Origin: Dehalococcoidia bacterium
Lineage (GTDB): Bacteria; Chloroflexota; Dehalococcoidia; Plut-88900
Reading direction: 5' to 3'
NCBI GenBank assembly: GCA_965197645.1
Contig: OZ240219.1
Location: 352,001-416,000, forward strand
Length of the DNA: 64,000 bases
Part shown: piece by piece, positions 29,411-39,554 of the stretch
Layout of the letters: every line of letters begins with the position of its first letter
Numbering within the stretch: position 1 is the stretch's first letter
Position numbers and translations under genes: made by a program
Notes under the pieces: model-generated
What the model was told of the DNA's origin: nothing
Databases searched by the model: none
What the model saw: the letters and a program-made list of their open reading frames with translations, nothing else

Positions 29411-30343
29411 TTATGTTCCGGTTGCCCAGGCTTTGATCAGATGGTGGGCTATAGCCGACGGTCCAGGCAGCTCCAGTTCCGGGTTTTTGCCGTCCAGAGC
29501 CAGAAGGACCTCCCTGCGCTGGAACCAACGGACGTCGGCCATCTCATCATCGTCCATTACGATGTCTGTGCTTGCCGCGTCCGCATGACAACCTATCATT
29601 AGCGACCATGGGAAGGGCCAAGGCTGTGAGGAGTGGTACCGGATGTTCTCCACCTGGATACCCGACTCCTCCCCGATTTCTCTCATCACGGCCTCTTCGA
29701 TCGATTCTCCCTGGTCCATGAAACCGGCGAGTGCGGAGTACATCTTCTCACCGAAGCCCCTGTCGCGGGAGCGACCCAGTAGGCAGTGGTCCTTATCCGA
29801 CACCAGAGTTATAACCACCGGATCAGTGCGGGGGAAGTGCTCGACATTGCAGTTTGAGCACTGACGTATTTGGCCACCGCGCTTGACGAACGTCTCGTGT
29901 CCACACACGGAGCAGAAGCCATTGCGATTGTGCCACTCCACCTGTATGTGGGCTTGGGCCACTATTCCACAGTCAGCTTTGCTCAGATTATCGGTGGCCT
30001 CATAGGCGTCCCTGAATCTCCATTTCCCGCTCTCGCGTAGCTCCAGTACCGCAGCGGCTTTACCTGATACATCGACGGCGAAACAGGCCTCCTGGCTCCT
30101 CAATCCCAGGAATATTGCCTTTGTAGCGACTCCCAGCCGGCCCAACTCATCGGCGCTCAACCAACCAAGGCGCTGATCTGGCCCGACGGAAACGAGGACT
30201 TCCAGGTCTGACAGCGGTAGGAACCTACTCGTAGGGTCCTTCGCCTTTCGGGCTAACCATTCTTCATCTCGGCGCTCACGGTCCCCTCTATCCAGGGGAT
30301 TGCTGGCGTAAACATGGGAGATCATCGATTGCTTGTTTCTCAT
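29411..30343 (-). CDS. nudC: NAD(+) diphosphatase / NAD-cap decapping Nudix enzyme
   Basis: Zn ribbon CxxC..CxxC, FPRTDPVVI, Nudix box GESIEEAVMREIGEESG, SQPWPFP. Confidence 0.93.
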   Translation of the reverse strand: MRNKQSMISHVYASNPLDRGDRERRDEEWLARKAKDPTSRFLPLSDLEVLVSVGPDQRLGWLSADELGRLGVATKAIFLGLRSQEACFAVDVSGKAAAVLELRESGKWRFRDAYEATDNLSKADCGIVAQAHIQVEWHNRNGFCSVCGHETFVKRGGQIRQCSNCNVEHFPRTDPVVITLVSDKDHCLLGRSRDRGFGEKMYSALAGFMDQGESIEEAVMREIGEESGIQVENIRYHSSQPWPFPWSLMIGCHADAASTDIVMDDDEMADVRWFQRREVLLALDGKNPELELPGPSAIAHHLIKAWATGT

Positions 30344-30486
30344 GGCCTCGTCCCGTGAAATTCTTCTTACGGTGATATGTTCAAGGTCTACATACTTTGA
30401 ATGCGAGCGGAGTCTACCAGGAACGGATATTATATCTAAGGTTGGGCGTATAATCCTTACCCGTCCTACTCACAGGAGGAGCAATA

Positions 30487-31437
30487 ATGGGAGCTGTAGA
30501 TTCGTTGCAGTCCCGGCTGAAGTCCGGGGAGGTCATCATCATGGATGGAGGCACAGGCTCTGAGCTCCATCGCCGAGGCCTGCCGGTAAGCGAGAAGGCC
30601 TGGTCCGGGGAGGCGATGTACTCTCACCCGGACGGCATTCGTGAGATTCATGAGGACTATATCCGGGTTGGTGCCGAGATCGTTATCGCCAACACGTTCT
30701 CAGCCAGTCGGTCCGTACTGAAAGAGGCGGGACTGGGCGAACGGACCGTCGAAATAAACAAGTTGGGTGCAAAAGTCGCCCGGGAAGCGCGAGACCGGTC
30801 CGAGGGGAACGGGTCGATAATAGTTGCTGGCTCCATGTCCACCTACGTTCCCTGGCTGGAACCGGCCGTAACCCCGTCCTATGAAGATATGTTGGCGGAC
30901 TACCGAGAGCAGTCCCAAGCCCTGGCAGAAGCCGGCGTCGACTTGATAGTGATCGAAATGCTGGTACGTACACTCGATGCCCGGGCCGCTGCAAAGGCGG
31001 CGGCCGAGACCGGGCTTCCCGTTTGGATAGGCTACTCGGTGGCAGAAGACGGGGGCAATCTGTATGTTGGAGTACGTGGTAGGCACGCTAACGAGAGCAT
31101 ACAGTCTGCCGTAGAAGCGGTATCGTTCGCCGGGGTTTCCGCCTTCTTCATCATGCACTCGGCCGTGGAGCATACCGGCCCCGGACTCAGGGAGCTACGG
31201 CAGTACACGGACCTACCCATTGGTGCGTATGCCCACGCAATAGGTCACCGCACCGGGCCTCTGCCCAAGGATATGGGCTGGAGGGAACTACCGCCGGAAG
31301 AATACCTGCGATATGCTCGGGACTGGATGACAGAGGGTGCCCAGATCATCGGGGGCTGCTGCGGCACTACCCCGGAGCACATCCGGGTACTCAAGGATGG
31401 ACTGCCTGCGCGGATTCCCGCTGCGGGTAAAGCGTAA
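30487..31437 (+). CDS. Homocysteine S-methyltransferase family protein
   Basis: MDGGTGSEL, HEDYIRVGAEI, IIGGCCGTTPEHI; paralog of 15728..16651. Confidence 0.9.
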   Translation: MGAVDSLQSRLKSGEVIIMDGGTGSELHRRGLPVSEKAWSGEAMYSHPDGIREIHEDYIRVGAEIVIANTFSASRSVLKEAGLGERTVEINKLGAKVAREARDRSEGNGSIIVAGSMSTYVPWLEPAVTPSYEDMLADYREQSQALAEAGVDLIVIEMLVRTLDARAAAKAAAETGLPVWIGYSVAEDGGNLYVGVRGRHANESIQSAVEAVSFAGVSAFFIMHSAVEHTGPGLRELRQYTDLPIGAYAHAIGHRTGPLPKDMGWRELPPEEYLRYARDWMTEGAQIIGGCCGTTPEHIRVLKDGLPARIPAAGKA

Positions 31438-31507
31438 GAAATCCCGCCGGACTGTCGACAAAGATTGCTCCGTTCGGGGCGTTATCAGTTGCCGTGTCCG
31501 TCAATCC

Positions 31508-31909
31508 CTACTCGGAAGAGTGCCAGAGGCAGGCGCCGGCGCCGGCAAGAACGAGAGGGTTGAGAAACGAGACCAGCAGCCATCCGACGTTCTGTGCGTC
31601 GGACTGGGTATCGCCCATGATCAGGGAAAACCAGAGCGGGAAGAAGATGATGGCGAGGGCAAGGGAGATGTATACACCTGCCTGGGCGGTGAGCCGTCGG
31701 ACGGGGTCGGTTTCAGCTACCGAGCGGAGATTGACAATTGCGACTGCGATGGCAATCAGGATGCCGGCGCCCGTTATGAAATTGAAAACGTCCCAGATCT
31801 GCTCGGGGTCCAACGCGTCTACATAAAAGCGGCTGAAGAGCACCTGGGCCGTGTAGACGACGGCATATAGGAATAGGACGCCTCCGACGGCCCGTTTGGC
31901 ACCATACAT
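31508..31909 (-). CDS. Small four-helix membrane protein
   Basis: Four hydrophobic segments; purine-rich RBS upstream. Confidence 0.7.
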   Translation of the reverse strand: MYGAKRAVGGVLFLYAVVYTAQVLFSRFYVDALDPEQIWDVFNFITGAGILIAIAVAIVNLRSVAETDPVRRLTAQAGVYISLALAIIFFPLWFSLIMGDTQSDAQNVGWLLVSFLNPLVLAGAGACLWHSSE

Positions 31910-32014
31910 AGCGTCTCTCCCTTGCCTGGACTGACTTGCACCCTGGCTTGCAGTGTACTGGGTTCCACCCTGGCGGAACCCGAAATCACGTACCTCTTCT
32001 CTGTTTGAATACTC

Positions 32015-32962
32015 CTACAACAACGGCCTCACCTGATCAGCGAACCGCTCCAGATGCTCCAGAATGTCGGCCTCGGGCTCCAGGTTGTAACCGAGCATCA
32101 GACGCCGGACACCCACCTCCTCGAAGGCGTTGATATCGTCGGCTATCTGCCGGGCAGTCCCGGTGAAGGGTCGGTGTTTCCCGTTGGACAGTTGCTGAGC
32201 TTGCCCCAGGCTGTATACAGGCATGACATAAGCGACATCGATCTCGGAAGGGTCCCGACCCACCTCCTCAGCGTGGTGGTGAATGCGAGAGAGGTAGTCG
32301 CTGAACTGGGCCGTTGTTTCCACCATGTGTCGAGGGTTGTTGCCTATGGGGAACCATCCCTCCGCCAGCCGGCCCGTTCGGCGGAGCGCCGGTGGGCTTT
32401 CGCCGCCTATCCAGATGGGTGGATGGGGCTTCTGCACCGGTTTGGGCAGGAAGGTGATGTCGGAGAAATTGGAGTACTTTCCCTGAAATGTAGGTGTATC
32501 GCTGGTCCAGAGCTCTTTGAAGGCCAGGATATACTCGTCGCTGGCGGCGCCCCGCTCTTCGAAAGGCGGCGCACCGATAGCCTCGAACTCCTCTCGCATC
32601 CATCCTACCCCGCACCCTACGATGAGACGCCCTTGCGACAGCACATCTATCGTTGCCAGCATCTTCGCTGTGGGGACCGGGTTCCGGTGAGGCAGCACCA
32701 TCACCGAGGTCAGCAGCCATGCCTTGGAGGTGTGCGCGGCCACGAAGCCCATCATAGTCAGCATCTCCAGGCATTCCTCCCCCCAAATGTACTGACCGGC
32801 CTCGCCGTAAGGGTACCGGGACCGGATGCTGTTCGGCATGACGATGTGATCGCTGACGCTGATTATCTCGAACCCCAACTCCTCGCCCTTGCGGGCCTGC
32901 CTGGCTATGCCTTCGGGGTTGGCCAGCGGCCCACCGGTGCCAATATCGAATCCGAACTCCAT
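32015..32962 (-). CDS. LLM-class, probably F420-dependent, oxidoreductase (Rv2161c-like)
   Basis: VSDHIVMP, RNPVPTAKMLATIDVLSQGRL, GVGWMREEF, PKPVQKPHPPIWIGG; ATG behind AGGAGG. Confidence 0.9.
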   Translation of the reverse strand: MEFGFDIGTGGPLANPEGIARQARKGEELGFEIISVSDHIVMPNSIRSRYPYGEAGQYIWGEECLEMLTMMGFVAAHTSKAWLLTSVMVLPHRNPVPTAKMLATIDVLSQGRLIVGCGVGWMREEFEAIGAPPFEERGAASDEYILAFKELWTSDTPTFQGKYSNFSDITFLPKPVQKPHPPIWIGGESPPALRRTGRLAEGWFPIGNNPRHMVETTAQFSDYLSRIHHHAEEVGRDPSEIDVAYVMPVYSLGQAQQLSNGKHRPFTGTARQIADDINAFEEVGVRRLMLGYNLEPEADILEHLERFADQVRPLL

Positions 32963-33237
32963 TTGCTGTCCTCCTGTTGATGATTGGAACGACAGTATGG
33001 TAACCGGATTCTCAATAAATCTCACCTTGCCCTGGGAACCCGTGAGACTTCACCCGGCCTGAGGTCATCCCCGTAGCCGGCCGATGGAACATCGAGGATA
33101 ATCAGCCCTTCTGGACGAGCGCCAGCTTCTGCTTCGATACATTCATCTGGTATTCTACGTATCCCCGGCTCGCAGTCCCTTGACGATTGCTTGTGCCGGT
33201 AGCGGGGGCCATTCATCCAGATCAAGGAGGGACGGAC

Positions 33238-33990
33238 ATGACGGAAAGTTACGACGGCAAAGTGGTTCTGGTCACAGGAGGAAGCTCGGGAATAGGGCGT
33301 GCTACCAGCGTGGTCTTCGCTCGGGAAGGAGCGAAAGTGGCCATAGCGGACGTGAACCGCCCAGGCACAGAAGAGACAGCCCGCATGATAGAGGCCGCCG
33401 GCGGAGAAGCCACCGTGTTCGAGGTGGATGTCAGCAAAGCCGACCAGGTGAGATCGTTGATAGACGATATCGTGCGGATTTACGGACAGCTGGACTGCGC
33501 CTTCAACAACGCAGGAATAGCCGGAGAGATGGGAAGCACCGTAGACTATGCCGAAGAGGACTGGGACCGGGTGATAGACGTCAACCTGAAAAGCGTATGG
33601 CTCTGCATGAAATACGAGATACCTCAGATGGAGAAGCAGGGTGGCGGGTCTATCGTGAACACCGCCTCCATTAACGGTCTCACCGGGTACCCCGAATCCA
33701 TCGCTTATGTTGCTTCCAAGCACGGAGTCGTCGGAGTCACCAAGGTCGCAGCCCTGGAGTACGCCACTGCCGGCATCCGGGTTAACGCCGTCTGCCCAGG
33801 CTACATCCAGACCCCAATGAATAAAGATGCCCCGGCCGAGTACAAGGAAAGCATGCTTTCCCTGACACCCTTTGGACGCTTCGGAGAACCGGAGGACATA
33901 GCCGAAGCGGTGGTGTGGCTGGGCTCCGATGCAGCATCCTTCGTCACAGGCCATACCATGGCCGTCGACGGCGGCTACATGGCCCAATAG
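33238..33990 (+). CDS. Short-chain dehydrogenase/reductase
   Basis: TGGSSGIG, NNAG, YVASK, NAVCPG, VDGG. Confidence 0.93.
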   Translation: MTESYDGKVVLVTGGSSGIGRATSVVFAREGAKVAIADVNRPGTEETARMIEAAGGEATVFEVDVSKADQVRSLIDDIVRIYGQLDCAFNNAGIAGEMGSTVDYAEEDWDRVIDVNLKSVWLCMKYEIPQMEKQGGGSIVNTASINGLTGYPESIAYVASKHGVVGVTKVAALEYATAGIRVNAVCPGYIQTPMNKDAPAEYKESMLSLTPFGRFGEPEDIAEAVVWLGSDAASFVTGHTMAVDGGYMAQ

Positions 33991-34189
33991 CTTGATCAAG
34001 GTCGGTTACCGTTGGCCGGTTGCCTCAAGGTAGACCTATTCGAATATCCTTGGGGTACTTTCGAGAGAAGGCAGGCGGGCTAGTATTGCCATACCGTTGG
34101 CTGAAAGATTATCATGCCATGGCCGCTGTTTAGTTGTGTGCAAAGAAGCTTGGAAGATCGTCTGAGCACTTGAAAAAGGGGGAGCAGCT

Positions 34190-35284
34190 ATGAAGACCCG
34201 AGGAGCGGTCTTATACGACTTCAACAGCCCGATGGTAGTCGAGGATCTGGAGTTGGACCCACCCGGGCCCGGCGAGGTCCTGGTCGCGATGAGCGGAAGC
34301 GGCGTTTGTCACAGCGATTACCGGGTAATAAAGGGCGAGTGGAAAGAGATGCTCGGCTCAGGCTCCTTCCCGACCGTGCTGGGCCACGAGGGAGCCGCTG
34401 TTGTGCAGGAGGTGGGAGAGGGAGTGACGTCGGTCAAGCCCGGCGATCACGCCATCCTGTCCTTCCATCCCAACTGTGGAAAGTGCTACTACTGCGTCAA
34501 GGGCTTCTCCAATCTATGCGAGGACATTCAATCCTCCGATCCGGGCCGGATGCACAAGGGTTCTGAACCGATATACACCTTTGCCGGTCTGGCCACCTTT
34601 GCAGCGCACAATGTGGTCTCCGAGGCCGCCGTCATCCCGATTCCCGATGACGTACCTCTCGATAAGGCGTGCTTGGTCGGCTGTGGCGTTACCACGGGCG
34701 TCGGAGCCGCCATCAACACCGTCCAGGTGGGAGCAGGCGATGCAGTCGTCGTTTTCGGCACCGGCGGTGTTGGCCTCAACGTGATCCAGGGCGCGGCAAT
34801 CTCAGGCGCCGATCCCCTCATTGCCGTCGACGTCCTCCAGAACAAGCTGGAGTTCGCCAAGGAGTTCGGCGCCACCCACACTATCAACGCCCGCGAGGAG
34901 GACCCGATCGAGGCCATCAAAGCCCTCACCCAGGGTAGGGGCGCCCAGTACGCCTTCGAGGCCATCGGCAACACCGAGGTAGCCGTCCAGGCCCTGGCCT
35001 CCGTCTGCAAAGGCGGTACTGCCGTCATCGTTGGTCAGGCCCCCTTCAATGACGAAATCTCCTTCCCGGCTCACATGCTTTGGGAAGAGGCCAGCATAGT
35101 GGGGTCCTACTACGGCTCCTCCAGAATGCGACTCTTCATGCCTCGCCTCATCGATATGTACATGACCGGCAAGCTCAAGCTGGACGAGCTGGTCACCAGG
35201 ACCTTTCCGCTGGACCAGATCAACGAGGCCTTCGAAGTCCTGGAGAAGGGCGAAGTGGCCCGCAGCGTCATCCGCTACGACTAG
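34190..35284 (+). CDS. Zn-dependent alcohol dehydrogenase (class III-like MDR)
   Basis: GVCHSD, LGHEG, CGKCYYC..C, GCGVTTGVG, GTGGVG. Confidence 0.93.
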   Translation: MKTRGAVLYDFNSPMVVEDLELDPPGPGEVLVAMSGSGVCHSDYRVIKGEWKEMLGSGSFPTVLGHEGAAVVQEVGEGVTSVKPGDHAILSFHPNCGKCYYCVKGFSNLCEDIQSSDPGRMHKGSEPIYTFAGLATFAAHNVVSEAAVIPIPDDVPLDKACLVGCGVTTGVGAAINTVQVGAGDAVVVFGTGGVGLNVIQGAAISGADPLIAVDVLQNKLEFAKEFGATHTINAREEDPIEAIKALTQGRGAQYAFEAIGNTEVAVQALASVCKGGTAVIVGQAPFNDEISFPAHMLWEEASIVGSYYGSSRMRLFMPRLIDMYMTGKLKLDELVTRTFPLDQINEAFEVLEKGEVARSVIRYD

Positions 35285-35340
35285 CCCTCGAACGGCTTCA
35301 TTCAGCGAGAACGCCCTTCCGGTTGGCACAAGCACGGTGC

Positions 35341-35487
35341 TGACAAACGCTCTCGCGGCCATCCCCCCGCCCCATTCCCGGCCGGGAATGGGGCCGAAAT
35401 AGAGATTGTCTCTGAGGGACACCCTCAGACTCCCGACCCCCAGCAGGCAGTCTCAGAAGAATTTGATTCGCCCCTCTGCACACGCCA
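35341..35487. repeat. Composite REP-like palindromic element between convergent genes
   Basis: CCCATTCCCGG-CCGGGAATGGG hairpin, GAGGGACACCCTCAGACTCCC and TTCGCCCCTCTGCACAC shared with 41315..41550. Confidence 0.7.
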
Positions 35488-35502
35488 TTTTTCAACAGCC
35501 TG

Positions 35503-36483
35503 TTAGATGTTTGGAAACATCTCAGTGAGCCGCGCCGGGTCTCGGGTTGTGCTCAGCGCCAGCATAAGCTTTACCTGGGCCTTGGATGCCCGCAGACTCC
35601 CTCCCGGCAGCACCCCCATATCGAAGAGCTGGTCTATTCCGCCGTCCTCGCTCGCGTACGTCCCGACGCCCAGCGATCCTCCATAGGACCGGGTGACCAG
35701 GACTATCGTTACACCCTTCTCTCCGGCCCTGCCGATGGCGGGCACCATCCCCGGCGGAACGCAGCCCGGAGCGAACCCTACCAGAACGATGCCGTCGGAA
35801 AACTCCGCTGCGGCATCCAGCAGCTTCCCATCGTCACCCTCGACGGCCGGGACTATCGACACCCGGGCGTTGATTCGGTCGACGGGAATGTGCTCCTTGA
35901 CGATAGGGCGTCGAAACATGGTTGCCTGGTAGTTCCTGACGACCCCCACGGGGCCGTACTCCAACGAGCGAAAGGTCGCCAGGTCAACCGAGTTGGTCTT
36001 GACCACGTCTCGGGGGTCGTGAAGCTCGCCGTTGGCGCAGATGAGGACTCCCCAGCCTCGGGTCTGGTCGGACACCGCAGCGATGGCCGAGTCCAGTATG
36101 TTGCCCGGGCCATCGGCGCTGGGGTGTGAATGGACCCGCATCGCCCCGGTAACTACCACCGGTATCTCTTCCTTGAGAAGCAGGTGCAGCATGTAGGCGC
36201 ACTCGGGGAGGGTAGCAGTGCCCATCGTCAGGACGATCCCATCGGTCTCACCGGCGCCGGCCACTCTCTGGCACTCTTTAGCGAAGGCAAGGAAGTCCTC
36301 CGGAGACAGAGTGTTGCTGGCCACGTTGGCCAGCTGTAGCACCTCTACCCGAGCGATCTCCGCCAGCTGGGGCACGGCCTGCACCAGGTCCTCACCCGTA
36401 ACGGCAGCCACCGCTCCGCCCTGGGCTTCGTCCCACCTGTAGGCGATGGTGCCCCCGGTTGCGATGATCTTCAACCTCTTCAT
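35503..36483 (-). CDS. Asparaginase/glutaminase family protein with altered active site
   Basis: IATGGTIA, PVVVTGAMR, ADGPGN, VVKTNS; HGTDT replaced by MGTAT. Confidence 0.87.
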   Translation of the reverse strand: MKRLKIIATGGTIAYRWDEAQGGAVAAVTGEDLVQAVPQLAEIARVEVLQLANVASNTLSPEDFLAFAKECQRVAGAGETDGIVLTMGTATLPECAYMLHLLLKEEIPVVVTGAMRVHSHPSADGPGNILDSAIAAVSDQTRGWGVLICANGELHDPRDVVKTNSVDLATFRSLEYGPVGVVRNYQATMFRRPIVKEHIPVDRINARVSIVPAVEGDDGKLLDAAAEFSDGIVLVGFAPGCVPPGMVPAIGRAGEKGVTIVLVTRSYGGSLGVGTYASEDGGIDQLFDMGVLPGGSLRASKAQVKLMLALSTTRDPARLTEMFPNI

Positions 36484-36597
36484 ATACCCAACTTTCCGGC
36501 TCTGGTGGAGGAGTTCACCGGGCCCATGCCATGGTACATCGGCCAAGTATTGACGTACAGGAAAGGGCTAGGGTCTGGTCACACTCCCGCCCTCCAA

Positions 36598-36776
36598 TGT
36601 CATTCCGAAACGGAGCGCAGCGTAGTGAGGAATCTATAGCCTATGTCCCCAGTCCGACGTGCCCAGGAGGGCTTATCGACTCATACATACAATCCCGCGA
36701 TTATGGGGCCAGCCGACGGAATCGGACCGCGACTCCCAACAACCCCCTTAGATTCCTCACTGCGTTCGGAATGACA
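36598..36776. repeat. Inverted-repeat (REPIN/RPE-like) element
   Basis: TGTCATTCCGAA..GCAG..TGAGGAATCT ... AGATTCCTCACTGCGTTCGGAATGACA inverted ends. Confidence 0.7.
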
Positions 36777-37019
36777 TCCAAGCTGTATAGGTTGCATGGT
36801 CTAAATGTAAACAGGCCCTAGTCACCGCTGCCGATACCACGGCAATCTGCCCCAGCCCATCCAGTGTCCTCCTCATCCGCACCACTTCTGGCCTATGAAA
36901 GGTAAGCTGCCCCAGCGTTGATAATACAATACGGGACTGGTAGATTAACCTATGTACACCCACTCTCCAGACTCGTTTAGCAGGACCACCTAGTCGGACG
37001 GACCGTAGGAGTTAGCAAC

Positions 37020-38171
37020 ATGTCCAGAAATGGATTCCATATAGTCGATAGCGACCTGCACGTAATGGAGCCCCACGACCTCTACGAGAAGTACATGGAC
37101 GCCGAGTATCGAGACCGGGCGCCGGTCTGGAAGGTTCGTCCTGAAAACGGCCAGATGGACTTCGTCGTCCAGGACGGTACCCCGCCCTCGGAGGGGTGGC
37201 GAAAGAAGGAGTGGGTATCCCGCAGAAACCTCGACGACAGCAAAGCGGACGTCTACCAGGATGAGATGGCCCATGGCTACACGCCGGAGCTGACCTTGAA
37301 GGCCATGGACCGGGAGGGAATCGACATGGCGATACTGTTTCGCACTTCGGCCCAGATGGCCATCCAGGTCGATGGTCAGGACCCCAATTTCACCTTCGCC
37401 GTGTGTCGCGCCTTCAATGACTGGCTGAAGGACTTTGCGAGTATCGACACGGAACGGCTCAGGGGATCGGCCATATTGGCGCTGAACGATGTATCGCTGG
37501 CGGCCCGGGAGGCCGTTCGCAGCGTGCAGGACCTGGGCATGACTGCGGTCACCTTGCTGCCCACCGCCGTCGATGAGAGGATGCCCCACGATACGGAATG
37601 CGATCCGCTCTGGTCCACCCTCCAGGACATGGACGTGGCTCTGACCTTCCACGATACCTCGTCCGGGTTCTCCGCCAGGAATCCCGGCAACTGGCTCAGG
37701 GAGCACCCCAACAACCTGGTCCTGGTCCATACTTTCTCCTTCCCGATGACCCTGATGCTGGCTCTCGGTTGCATGACCACCGGAGGGGTACTCCAGAGAT
37801 TTCCACGCCTGAGGGTGGCCTTCCTCGAAGGGAACTGCTCGTGGGTGCCATGGCTGCTGTACCGGCTGGACGAGCAGTGGGAGATATACGGCGAAAGCCA
37901 GGATGTCCAGCTGGACCTCCGACCCAGTGAGTACTTCAAGAGGCAGTGCTACGTTTCCACCGAGACCGATGGTGAGCTCCTGTACCAGGTGGTCGAGGAG
38001 GTGGGTGACGACAACGTGGTCCTTTCCACCGACTACCCCCACACCGATTCCAGCTATCCCCACGCCGTGGAGAGCTTCCTCAAATACGACAAGGTTTCCG
38101 ACGAATCGAAGCGCAAGATCCTGTGGGATAACTGCGCCCGTCTGTACAACCTGACGAAGGTTCCCGCTTGA
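37020..38171 (+). CDS. Amidohydrolase_2 family protein
   Basis: DSDLHVMEP, MDREGID, RVAFLEGNCSW, STDYPHTD, ILWDN. Confidence 0.92.
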   Translation: MSRNGFHIVDSDLHVMEPHDLYEKYMDAEYRDRAPVWKVRPENGQMDFVVQDGTPPSEGWRKKEWVSRRNLDDSKADVYQDEMAHGYTPELTLKAMDREGIDMAILFRTSAQMAIQVDGQDPNFTFAVCRAFNDWLKDFASIDTERLRGSAILALNDVSLAAREAVRSVQDLGMTAVTLLPTAVDERMPHDTECDPLWSTLQDMDVALTFHDTSSGFSARNPGNWLREHPNNLVLVHTFSFPMTLMLALGCMTTGGVLQRFPRLRVAFLEGNCSWVPWLLYRLDEQWEIYGESQDVQLDLRPSEYFKRQCYVSTETDGELLYQVVEEVGDDNVVLSTDYPHTDSSYPHAVESFLKYDKVSDESKRKILWDNCARLYNLTKVPA

Positions 38172-38229
38172 TCTCGATCTTCGTGCCTGCTATGACAACA
38201 GCAGCGAGCACGCCGGCCCGGAGGACTCC

Positions 38230-39378
38230 ATGAAGAACGGACTCAAGGTGTTCGATGCGGACATGCACGTGATGGAGGGGCTGAAGTTCGTGGAGCACAT
38301 GGACCCCGAGTACCGAGACCGGGGCCCCAAGCCGCTGGACGGCGTTTCCGATTTCGGTTGGACAGCCCTGGAAGGCAAGGAGCTTTTCGGCCCATCCCAC
38401 ATTTTCAAACCAGAGAACGCCAAAGCCAGCGTAGACCTGGCCAGCGACTCCTACGTCGAAGCCACGGGCAAGTACCGGGAGGCCCTGGCCGATAGCTTCG
38501 GGCCGGGGTCACAGATGCAGGCGTTGGAGCGGGAGGGCATAGACGTAGGGGTGATGTACCCGTCGTCCACCATCCTCGCCTTTCCCTCGCCCAGGACAAA
38601 CGGTCTCGACCCCAAGCTCTCGGCGGCCATATGCCGGGGCTACAACGACTGGCTCTCCGATTTTTGCAGCCATGACGCCGGCCGATTGAAGGCAGTAGCT
38701 GCGGTCCCTATTCACGACGTGGAGGAATCGGTAATCGAGATCCGGCGCGCCGCCAGCGAAAAGGGACATATAGCGGCCTTCGTCCGGCCCAACGTAGTCA
38801 ATGGCCGCAACCTGCACGATTCCTACTACGACCCCTTCTACAGCGAGCTGGAGGACCTGGGAATACCTCTTGCCGTTCACGAGGGGACCGCCGGCGGGCC
38901 GCCTGGGGCCGATCAGAGGTTTCACGGCAGCTGGATCATGATGCATATGGCCGCTCATCCCCTGGAGCAGATGTTGGCCTGCGAAAGCATCATCGTGGGA
39001 GGCGTACTGGAGCGGCATCCCAGGTTGCGTGTGGCGTTCCTGGAGTGCGGCTGCAGCTGGCTGGTCTACTGGCTATGGCGGCTGGACGAAGAGCTGGAAG
39101 CCTGGGGTTGGCATGAGACTCCCTGGCTGAAAGCCAAGCCCAGCGAGTACTATCTGAGACAGTGCTTTTCCTCCTTGGAGGGGGATGAGCCCGGCGCTCG
39201 CGCTTACATCGAGATGCATGGCGACGATAACCTGTTGTGGGCCTCCGACTATCCCCATCCCGACGCTTCCTACCCCGATGCTTCCTCGGGATTTCTGGCG
39301 ATAGAGTCCCTATCGACGGAGACGAAGAGGAAGGTGCTGTGGGACAACCCGATGCGGTACTACGGCCCGATGCCATAA
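38230..39378 (+). CDS. Amidohydrolase_2 family protein
   Basis: DADMHVME, VHEG, RVAFLECGCSW, ASDYPHPD. Confidence 0.92.
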   Translation: MKNGLKVFDADMHVMEGLKFVEHMDPEYRDRGPKPLDGVSDFGWTALEGKELFGPSHIFKPENAKASVDLASDSYVEATGKYREALADSFGPGSQMQALEREGIDVGVMYPSSTILAFPSPRTNGLDPKLSAAICRGYNDWLSDFCSHDAGRLKAVAAVPIHDVEESVIEIRRAASEKGHIAAFVRPNVVNGRNLHDSYYDPFYSELEDLGIPLAVHEGTAGGPPGADQRFHGSWIMMHMAAHPLEQMLACESIIVGGVLERHPRLRVAFLECGCSWLVYWLWRLDEELEAWGWHETPWLKAKPSEYYLRQCFSSLEGDEPGARAYIEMHGDDNLLWASDYPHPDASYPDASSGFLAIESLSTETKRKVLWDNPMRYYGPMP

Positions 39379-39554
39379 TACGGGTTACAGGGCGGTCATT
39401 TCTAAGCACAGCATCGCGCCGGGTCCCGTTCGTATTGAAGAGGCCCGGGTACGATAGGCGCCGGTTGTCAGTCCGAGAGGCGTGTGTTAACTTTTTCCTG
39501 TTGTAGGATGGGACTCAGTGCGGCATACTTCGGACGAATGGGAGGAGACGACTC

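Noticed and set aside
18780-33200. attR direct repeat of the tRNA-Arg 3' end
   Set aside because: Not found by eye, so the island boundary is left undefined
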